Made by a program: the position numbers and the translations under genes. Positions 50,444 to 64,000 of a stretch of DNA of 64,000 nucleotides are shown here, in pieces. How positions within the stretch are numbered: the first letter of the stretch is position 1; each line of letters opens with the position of its first letter. Below the pieces are notes generated by a model. It was not told the DNA's origin, did no database searches, and was given only the letters and a program-made list of their open reading frames with translations. Source of the DNA: Paraspadella gotoi (Eukaryota; Animalia; Chaetognatha); the NCBI GenBank assembly GCA_051294375.1, contig CM119264.1:11135832-11199831 (forward strand), written 5' to 3'.

Positions 50444-51011
50444 CTGAACACATTGCTTCAGTCGCCAGAAAATCACAGAGGCTGGAGTTTTTCGATGGTG
50501 AGGACGACGACGACGACGACGATGACGACGACGAGGTCGATTCACTCTCCATTGTCTCTAAGCAGCTCACGTTTCCGCTGTTCGGACGAGACGGCGACGG
50601 CGTTGTCGGTGACGGCGACAGCGACGGCGTCTCCTGACGACCGAATTCGAGTCGCGGAGACTTTGGCGAAACCGTGCATGGAATTCCCGGGCTAGAGCGT
50701 CTGATGCTGGATGTCGAACGCGAGTGGAAACAATTTGGTCGGCGAGGGGAGAAAGAGAACTTCGGCGTTGGAGTTGGTGATGGAACTTCCATTTCCGCAC
50801 TTGCGCTTCCCTTTTCAAATGTGGGTCCGATTTTGTGTTCGGACTCGGTTACTCTCTGCGTCTCTTTGTCGAAATTGTCCATTTCAGGCGCCTGAGTNNN
50901 NNNNNNNNNNNNNNNNNNNNNNTGACGCCAGTCGTCGAGAGGGCAGGTGCTGTTGAGATGCGGTTGGGACGTGTGTGTTGTTGGTCCGTTGGAGGTTGGT
51001 GTGTTGAACAT
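50444..51011 (-). CDS. Ser/Pro-rich exon, probably the N-terminal coding exon of the MAP3K13 gene
   Basis: Long open frame (MDNFDKETQRV...SPSPTTPSPSRP) ending at a CAG|GTAAT donor, on the same strand as and upstream of the kinase exons. Linking exons are probably in the N gaps. Confidence 0.45.
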
Positions 51012-51426
51012 TTGCCAAAATATTTAACTTTTTGACTTCGTGTTGTGGTTCGATGAAGAACAGAGAAGGGTCTTCAAAACTTTGACGCGAGACCATTTGG
51101 CGAAAAACGAGAGAGAGACAAAACTTAGAACCATCAGCGGGACGGCCGAGAGCGACTGCGTTAAGACTTTGGAATGGGACTGACATACATCGTCGTGGTG
51201 TCTTCGTGGAAATTGCGTTCGACGTCGCCTCGCCATATATTGTTTTTTTTTTTTGAGAGATAACAAAAACTTTTAAAAACACATTTTTTTCCAACGCCGC
51301 TTTAGTACTCAGCGTTCACAAAAAAAAAGTTAGAAGAAAGGAAAGGAGAAAGGAGAAGAAATGAGAGAAAGAGGAGAAAGAAAGAAAGAAAGGAGAAAAG
51401 AAAGGAAAAGAAAGAAAAAGAAGGAG

Positions 51427-51458
<32 letters not shown>

Positions 51459-51519
51459 AGAGAGACGAGAGGAAGATAGAGAAGAAGAGGGAGAGAGAGA
51501 GAGGGAGATAGAGAAGAGA

Positions 51520-51559
<40 letters not shown>

Positions 51560-52010
51560 GTAAAATGGAGGGGATTTGAGAAGTTAAAAAAGGGAAAAAC
51601 AACAGACAATCAATTGATTGTCAAAGAGCAGAAAAAAACGAACGGCCTCCTTCCAACTTTTTCACACTCTTGATCGACAACAAGAGAAAAGCCACAATTT
51701 CAGCGCGTGAAACTCGGGTCTCGATCTTTCGTTGTGAACGCCGTGAATGCGGATTGGCTTTGGTGAGGCGTGCGCTCGGCTCTGTTTCGTTTTCTTATCG
51801 TTGTTTTTATTCTTGGTTCTACGATGTGTTGTTGTGGGTGAGAGGATGCGTTGGAATGGAGTTTACCGCATTCTTTTTTGTCCCTAGATTTTGGATGTAA
51901 CCAGGATTTTCGATTTTTGGGGCCTTGATTTCTCTATTTTTTTCCCCGGTCTCTCTCTCTTTCTCTCTCTCTCTTTTCTTTTCTCTCCTCTCTCTCTCTC
52001 CTCTCTCTTC

Positions 52011-52092
<82 letters not shown>

Positions 52093-55010
52093 TCTTTTTT
52101 TTTAAATAACAATCACTTTTCTCCCGCACATATAATGCTCGTCTTTTTCGCGTGCACTCTTGTCCGTTAATTTTTTGGAACTCTGTTTCCACTTCCTTAC
52201 CGATTCCATCCAAAAATTTATATCCAGCTTCTATTCACATAGCTTTCCTACCCACACACAAAGATTCCATTTCGATTTTCTAATCTGCGCAGATTTTTAA
52301 TAACATTTGAATAATTATGAGTAAATGTTAGTAAAATATGACTTTTAAGTAGAATTTATGACTTTTTTTTGTTTTTTTCCATTTTTTCTCAGACGGTCGG
52401 ATTTCGCTACATCGTGGTGCCTCCGATTCCACGTATAGCCATTTTATTATCCAAGCTTGAATTGCTCACACTTGTCCCTACCAATATATCTAAAATCTCT
52501 CCAATGTGTCAATTGTTCCTATATCCTCACATTGATGAATTGCAGACTTAGGGAAGGCGTGGTACAACAGTGGAGTTAATTATATTTTCGTTATCGGTTC
52601 TTATTCCATATTTAACGCGCAATATTATAGACCACTTCGGCACGATTCCTCAATATACTCCTATATCCATTCCTGTTCAATATCACACTGTTTCCTACTC
52701 CACAGACACAAAATTTCATACCAATCCATCATCAACACGATGGTAATTGGTAGATTTTATTAGCTAAGGTGAGGTACGGAAAGCTGTGCAAAGCCCCGGA
52801 CGGTGACGGTGAGTACGAAGATCTCTGGTACGGACGGACAGACAGGCAACGGACGCGGTACACGGAACAGTGTCGTTTTTTTGGCATAATCTCTCTGGGG
52901 TCATCCCGAATTCGGCGAATGTTACATGAGCACTCCCCGAACCAACCACCTTATTTATCCAATTGTCGCTGGTGCCCCGACCACTAACTCAATCCGCCTG
53001 CAACTAGACGCCACACTCCTGTGTGGCCGGTACAATTTCCTCACACCGGACGGACCGATAAACCCAAGGTCGAAGGTCGTTGGAATATGGTGAGATCGGG
53101 AGATACTAAGCTGATAAGCAAGATACCGAAACGAACTGAAGAAATATTATATAGGAACAAATTAATATAAAAAACCAAATCTTTTTATTACTTGAAAAAA
53201 TTTAAATCGTGAGTAGATAATTGATTCCCGCCCAAGGTGTGTGGCTCAAGGTTTTGTGAGGGGAGGTTAAAGAACCCGGTGTGGAAAAGGAGCTTTTAAG
53301 TTACTCGGATTCAATGCTATACATCTGTGAGCACGAAGGACTAAAGCGCAAGGACTAGGAACAGTTTTATTTAGCTTTTTGTTTTTTAAAAACCATATTA
53401 TATCTTTGCAAAACAGGTTATATTTAGTCAATCACTATTACAACACTCAGCTTACTTCAATGTGGAGCTACTGCTTGGCATCTCTCTTATTTTTTATTTT
53501 CTTTTTTTCTTTTGCCCTTCTAGATGATGTTTTCAACTTCTCTAGAAAATGTGGTGTTTAATTATTTTATTTACCAAACCCTCTTTATTAAAATATTTTT
53601 TAATGAGTTATTCCTAATAGCCGATCCATCGGATAGAAGATATTATTTCTTTCCTTCCGTCATAATCCATTTTATTTTAAACTGGCCCAAGTTAAAAAAA
53701 AATAACTTAAAGTGTGCAGACAATCAAACCAAGGGGTGATAGCTCAGGTGACTGTTCTTGCTTCTATTGTTCGGGGACGCTTGTCATGTTCGTCCATCAT
53801 CCTACGACGATATATGCATTTCGCTGCCTCAGAAAGTTCCGGGCGAATGGCTGTGTGTCGAGACTGAAACCATAATTTAAAGTAGAACCACTGGAGCTTA
53901 TGAGGAAAGCCACATTCAGAACTTACCGGTTGTTAAAAGGGGGCAAAGATTTCGAGAACGGACAATCAATCAACCATTTACGTCGGTAAAATACAACAAC
54001 TGGGAAACATCAGTGTATAAGGTATACCCGGGCCAGCAAAGACCAAAATCGCACATCCACATGCTTGACCGGTAGCGCGATTTGACTCGCTTACAATACC
54101 GAAAGGCCGCGTCACCAAACCTTTTCGCCGTGTTTAAGTGTGGATCTTCTCTTCGACATAAATCTATATTGTTCGGCCAAAGGACCAACATCGTTGAGCA
54201 AGAAATCAGTTTTCATTCTTCCACGAAGGTTAGAAATTTGTGGCGATCTTCGTCACTGAACAAATACTGTGATTTATGTCCGATGGAGAATGCTCTCTCC
54301 CAACCAACCTTCTATTTCCTCGCGTGTGTGGTTCTTTTAAGTTTAAAGAAATCTCATGATTTTTTTTTTGTAATTTATTTTATTAAGTTTTAAATTTTGT
54401 TTTTTTTTATATGTATTCGAAAATGCATTTTAAGAACAGAGTCCCGATTAGATTTTGAAACTTTGGCGAAATCCGGTCGGGCTTTTGGAGTCGCTGCCTC
54501 TCAAGTTGATATTAAATGCCTTCTTTTTCACACCGCAACCCAACCTTTTCACCCTTCGGGAGTTTTCTTCCCAGAAAGTTATGTAATTCTTTTGTTATTG
54601 TTTTCTCCCGTCAATTTCGACTGCGAGGCGTGACGTGAGGGAATTGTTGAGGAAAAACAGGTGGGTTTTAGTTTTGGCGCGTGAGAGGGCGGGATGATGG
54701 TGGTTAAAATGGGTTATCGGAAGTGGCTTTTTCCTTTCGAGCCCGACCCAACGTCTGGAAACATGCGAAAAATTTACAATAGTTTGTACGGTGCAGTTTT
54801 ACAATCAAAAGAAGTATATTTTTCTTAATCTTATGTTTTTGCGTTTCGAACGTTCCTTTGCTATTGTCAGAACTATTAGGAGAATCTTACAATTCATTGA
54901 TTGCAAGGAAGAGACAACGACCCCGAAGAAATAACTCCTGTCAAAGCCGCAATTTTCTGACTTCCGTTTTGCGCAAAATGCGAGATTGAAGGTGAGATGG
55001 GGGGAAGAGG

Positions 55011-55046
<36 letters not shown>

Positions 55047-55725
55047 AGTGGAGAGGAGGAGATCAAGATGACAGGGAGATGGATGCGCAGGAACGAGGGA
55101 GAGGAAGGTGTGAGACGGAGACGGAATCGAGGGAGAGAGAGAGAGCTGGCGAAGAGGATGAGAAGATAGAGAGAGAGAGCGAGGAGAAGAGAGGAGAGGA
55201 GATAGAGAGAGGATGAGGAGAGGGAGAGAGAGAGATATGGAGAGGAGATGAGAAAAGGAGAGAGAGACGGTGGGGAAAAAAAAAGTAGAGAATCAGGCCA
55301 AAATCCGAAATTTCTTGGTTACATCAAAAATCTTAGGGGACCAAATAAGAAGTCGACGGAACTCATTCCAACGCAAATCCTTCTTCACCCACAACAACAA
55401 CGACGTTCAAGACTCAAGAATACAAAACAACGCATAAGGAAAACGAAAACCGAAAGCGAGCTGCGACGCCTTCACCCAAAGTTCATCCGGGCATTCACGC
55501 GCCCGGTTCCACAACGAAGATTTCGAGACCCGAGTTTCACCGGCGCTGAAACTTGTGGCTTTTCTCTTGTTGTCGACAAGGTTTGTGCGCTGGTGAAAAG
55601 TCTGGAAGGAGCGCCTTCAGTTTTTTTTTTTTCTGCTCCTTTGACATCAATGATTGTCTTGTTAGTTTTTTCCCCTTTTTTTGTTTTACTTTTCTCCCAA
55701 ATCCTCCTCTCCATTTTACTCTTCT

Positions 55726-55768
<43 letters not shown>

Positions 55769-56733
55769 CTTCTCTCCTCTTCTTCTCCTTCTTCTCTCTT
55801 CTATCTCTCTCTCTCTCTCTCTCCTCCTCTCTTTCTCTCATCTCTCTCTTCTTCTCTCTCTCTCTTTTTTTATTTTCTTGATTAAGTCTCCACTTTTTTT
55901 ATACTAGTCGTATTTCATTCTCTCTCTCTTTCTTTCTTCCTTTCTCTTTCTCTTTATCTCTCTCTCTTTTTTTCTTTTCTCCTCTTTTTCTCTCTTTCTT
56001 TCTCTTACTTTTTTTTTGTGAACGGCTGATAGTACAAAGCGGGTCGTCTGGAAAAAAAAAGTTGTTTTTTTTTAAAGTTTTGTTTATTCTTCTCATGGAA
56101 AAAAAAAAAACAAATATGTGGCTGAGGGATAACGTCCCGAACCGCAATTTGCCCACGCGAAAGGACACCACCGACGATGCTTAGTCAGCCCATCTCCAAA
56201 GCTTACCGCGTCGCCCCTCGGCGTCGCCTGCATGTTTCTAACGTAATTTGTCTCTCTCTCGTGTTGTTCGCCAAATGGTTCGGTGCAAAGTTTCTGAAAG
56301 GGACCTTCTCGGTTTCTCCATCCGAACACAAACGACCGAAGTTCAAAGTTAAATTATTTGGCAAATGTTTTTCACACACAACACCTCCCAACCGGCACCA
56401 AACAACACACACGTCTCCAACCGCCATTCTGCAACAGCACCTGCCCTCTCGGACGACCGGCGTCAACTCAGGGCGCCCTGAAATGGACAATTTCGACCAA
56501 AGAGACGCAGAGAGTAACCGAGTCACGAACACAAAAATTCGGAAACCCACATTTGGAAAAGGGGAAAGCGCAATGTGCGGGGGGAAATGGAAGTTCCATC
56601 ACCAACTCCAAACGCCGAAGTTCTCTTTCTCCCCTCGCCGACCAAAATTGTTTTCCACTCGCGTTCGACATCCAGCATCAGACGCTCTAAGCCCGGGCAT
56701 TCCCCATGGCAACGCGGCTTTCGCCAAAGGTCC
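50655..56733. other. Large inverted duplication (50655-52103 mirrored by 55010-56733) with noisy spacer; probable assembly artefact
   Basis: The right arm is the reverse complement of the left, with many single-base and homopolymer insertions. The region is flanked by N gaps. Confidence 0.8.
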
Positions 56734-56739
56734 CTCCCA

Positions 56740-56771
<32 letters not shown>

Positions 56772-57021
56772 AAAAGCGCGTCCAAGTTTTGAGTTTATTA
56801 TCTCGTTCCGCTTTAATTTTGTTGTTTACGTCGAAGATCCGAAGTCGACGGAGTTGGAAGTAAAAACGGAATAAAACGAGGAAGATTCTCAAAAGCTTTG
56901 TTTTGGTTTTGTTTTTGTTATGCCGCGTCTCCATGGCACCAGCTTTCTCTCTCTCTAACAGTCACACAGTTTTTCTCTCCTAGTAATTCTACCTCTTTCT
57001 CTCTTTCTTTCTTTCTTTTTT

Positions 57022-57111
<90 letters not shown>

Positions 57112-57668
57112 GCTCGGTCTCCCTCTCCAGTCTCACTCTTTCTTACCCTCCCACTTAGTCAGAATTATACTCTCTTTCTCGGCTAATATCTTTTTTTTTA
57201 ACACAATCCACTCCCGAAAAAAAAGTTGGTCGTAAAGTGTAACGAAAAAAGTTGGAACCGAACAATTCCACCGCAAAAAAAGGTTGAAGTCATTATTTTT
57301 TTTTGCCTCATCTATGCGTCGTCGTTTTCGTTGTCGTCGTTGTTTCGTCGTCATCGTCATCGTCATCGTGGGCGACATTGTATTCGCTTGGTTACACTTT
57401 CTTTTTTGACTTTCAACGAAGTAACGAGTCGTCGACTAAAACGACTTACTTTCCCTTTTTCTTTTTTGAAAGAAAATAAAAAAAATAAAGTAGAAAGAAA
57501 AAAAGATGAAAGAAGGGCGAGGCGAGGCTTGATACAAAGGTAGTTATTTTTTATACGGCGTAATTATAGAAAAAATTTACTTTTTCGTATAATATTTTTT
57601 GTTGCCCATACGTCGTCCATAAAACAGGACAGTGAGAGAAGAATAAATCGGCTCGCGACCATCCTTGA

Positions 57669-57703
<35 letters not shown>

Positions 57704-60640
57704 NNNNNNNNNNNNNNNNNNNNNNNNNNNNNNNNNNNNNNNNNNNNNNNNNNNNNNNNNNNNNNNNNNNNNNNNNNNNNNNNNNNNNNNNNNNNNNNNN
57801 NNNNNNNNNNNNNNNNAAGTCGGAACCAGGGAAGACACGGAGTCAGAAAAACAGATTAAGTTATGTCTGGGATGGAATTAACTTTGCAAATGCCTTTGCA
57901 GCNNNNNNNNNNNNNNNNNNNNNNNNNNNNNNNNNNNNNNNNNNNNNNAGAGAATTAAGTAAAGGAAAGGGATTGGTACCAAAGTCGGAACCAGGGAAGA
58001 CACGGAGTCAGAAACGCAGATTAAGTTATGTCTGGGATGGAATTAACTTTGCAAACGCCTTTGCAGCATGCTTACAACAAAATGGAAAAAAAAAATGTCA
58101 AAAAAATGGAGCAATTGAAAAATACTGTAATAACCTCAAAACATATATGAAAGGAATGGAAACCGTGATTTTGCAAACTTGTAAAAGGAGAAATATTATA
58201 TAACGGTTACGGCACCACTGGTACCAGGTATAAAACCAGAGTAAAACGAGTCATTGACGCGAAGGTAAAACCGAACCAAAAATATGGTTACGAGAGGAAG
58301 TGATTGGTTGGCGTCCTCTGTCGGTCGTTCAATTAGACCCTAGACTACGACGACGACGACCGTGTCGTTCAAAACGACGACGACGACGACGACAACGCAA
58401 GTCTTCTGCCATTTGGTCTCCACCCAATAAAAGCGGCCGTAGCCAAAGTAATAAAGCTGAACGAAAACAAAAAAAGAAAGAGAGGCTTTCCTTTCGCTTT
58501 TTNNNNNNNNNNNNNNNNNNNNNNNNNNNNNNNNNNNNNNNNNNNNNNNNNNNNNNNNNNNNNNNNNNNNNNNNNNNNNNNNNNNNNNNNNNNNNNNNNN
58601 NNNNNNNNNNNNNNNNNNNNNNNNNNNNNNNNNNNNNNNNNNNNNNNNNNNNNNNNNNNNNNNNNNNNNNNNNNNNNNNNNNNNNNNNNNNNNNNNNNNN
58701 NNNNNNNNNNNNNNNNNNNNNNNNNNNNNNNNNNNNNNNNNNNNNNNNNNNNNNNNNNNNNNNNNNNNNNNNNNNNNNNNNNNNNNNNNNNNNNNNNNNN
58801 NNNNNNGCCGACGCCGACGCGCACCTGCCACGCGCTGCTGTTGCTGTTGTAGCTTGAGCTTATATGATGGTTCAATCGGTTTTTCAAATCTGAAAAATTT
58901 GAAGACAGTCAATCCAACGACGACTAAAAACTGGAGAAACCCTGCTCTCATTCTCCATACCAAGTGAAGAGATCAAAAATTGTTTCCCCCTAAATTTTCG
59001 CGAGGATCAATCTGGCGAACTCGAAGTCAGGACCCGACAAAACTATAAGCTTATTCGCTGAGACCAAGATCGGCTTCGTGATCTTCGACTTTCTCGTCGC
59101 TTTCGTTTTCGCTTTTATTTTCTTCTTCTTCTTTTTCCTGAACGATTGGATTAGTTACTGCGCCTTTGAGATAAAGAAAAAAAAAACCTTTCGTCGAGCA
59201 GTAAAAGCAATTTCCGACGGTTGGTTCTCTCTCTACTACTAACGCTCTCACTATCTTTATTTTGCTCTGGCCCTCTTTCAAAGTCNNNNNNNNNNTAAAT
59301 TTAATATAAAAGAACAGAACGTCATTTCGACATTTTTTTCTTCGTGCGAAAATTGGGAAATCGGCGACGGAGGAAAAAAAGAAGAAGGAAGAAAGAGGAA
59401 AAGAGAAAAAAAAAAAGAGAAAAGGAGGAAGCAGGGACGAAGGGATGGTCGTCGAAAGAAACGAACGGTAGATGAGCCCGAGAATTCCGATTCGTTCGCT
59501 TTCTTCGTCTCACTCAAAACGTCGACCCCTGGCCACGCCCCCTTTCGGCCTTCGCTCCTCTTTCTCTTTCCATTTTCCATTTCGGATTTCCTTTTTTTTT
59601 AGAGCCTCCGACGAATTTTTTTGGATGGAAGGTCTCGAGTTCTAGGCGGGGTCTTTGAGGAAATTCCGATCGAAGTTCGATTCTATCAAACTAATGTTAT
59701 GACGCAAGTAAAATCAAATCGAAAACGACGACAAGTACTAAAAAACAATAACAACACTAAAGGAAATCTGGAAAAAAAAGTTCCTTCCTCTTCGTCCACA
59801 TTCAACATTGGCCGAAAAAGAAGAAAAAAAGAAGAAAAGAAAATGAGTTGAATGGGAAAAGAACGTTTCCAATAAAATTCGTCATAAAGAAAGATTTCTT
59901 TTTGAGAGGAGCGCCGAGAGAGAAAGAGAAAGTAAAAGAAATAGAAGAGCAAAAGAAAGGGAGAGAGAGAAATCTATTGCTCTCTCTCTCTCTCGTTTTA
60001 TTTTTCCTTCGTATCATAATTATAATGATAAAAGAGGGGCGAAAAAATAAAACCAGTTGAAAGGAGAATCCGAAGAGAGAGAGAGAGAGAGAGAGAAAAA
60101 AAAAGAGGACACAACAAAACTGATTCAGATCATCAATGAAACCAAAGGTGATATGGAGGAAGGAGAGGGGGGAAGAAAGGGGAGGGGGGGAGGGGGTTAA
60201 GGAGCCGGTTAAGGAGGGGAGGCCAAGAAAAGAAAGAAAAAGGGATAAAAGGAATGGGCGCTCGCCTCTTTCGCCGAAGCATGAAATTGAAATGGGAGGA
60301 GGAAAAAAAAACTCTCTTCAAGTAATTTTTTTCCCCCCTCATTCTTCGTATTCTGCTTCTTGAAATTTTGTTTTCTTTCCTCCTCCCATATTCTTCTTTT
60401 TCTTCCTCTCTCCTTTCTCCTTTCTCCCCCTCAACACCGAATTCGTTTTCTTCTTTTCTTCCCCCGATTTATCTCGTTTTCCTTCGATGGTTCATTTTCA
60501 TTGCGTACGCCGAAGGTCGTCCCCGAACATCTCTGCTCTTTTCTATTTTAATGTTTTTCTTCTTGAAAATTTCGGGGTTCTTTTCGCGTTTTTTTTTCAT
60601 AAAATTGTTGTTCTTTTATTTATTCCGGTCGCGCTCTTCA

Positions 60641-63870
<3,230 letters not shown>

Positions 63871-64000
63871 TGGATGTAAAGAATACGAAACGAGAGTGAA
63901 GAGAGGAAGCAGAGAGAGAGAGAGAGAGAGAAGAGAGAGAGAAGAGAAGCGAGACGAGGAGAGAGAGCAGGACGACAAAGAAGAGAGAGAGAGAGAAGAG

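Noticed and set aside
55248-56934. Long ORFs of 219 and 228 aa
   Set aside because: They arise from the error-laden inverted copy and from microsatellites.
57818-58067. 85-bp direct repeat
   Set aside because: The copies flank an N gap, typical of an unmerged contig overlap.

Overview
AT-rich, intron-dense animal (invertebrate-like) genomic DNA, not prokaryotic. Seven multi-exon genes can be reconstructed by hand: NPC1 (minus, runs off the left edge), a K/S/E/R-rich orphan gene, an atypical class A GPCR, guanylate kinase (with a GC-AG intron), a PRODH2-like hydroxyproline/proline dehydrogenase, DNAJC27/RBJ and a DLK/LZK MAP3K. An eighth gene, DCST1/sneaky-like, runs off the right edge. Introns and intergenic DNA are crowded with non-autonomous elements: TA-flanked Tc1/mariner-type MITEs, Helentron-associated (HINE/DINE-1-like) elements, foldbacks, a Penelope-like GIY-YIG relic and a 95-bp dispersed repeat. 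The most interesting object is at 6781-7262 in an NPC1 intron. It is a miniature LTR retroelement (LTR, PBS-like site, PPT, truncated second LTR) whose LTR holds a tRNA-like Pol III promoter followed by a multi-hairpin domain. A second, diverged family (2603, 17009, 28455, 40083) keeps the same fold through compensatory base changes. The region from about 48.8 to 59.3 kb is gappy and contains a noisy 1.5-kb inverted duplication that is probably an assembly artefact. All exon boundaries, alignments and folds were read by eye and need computational confirmation.
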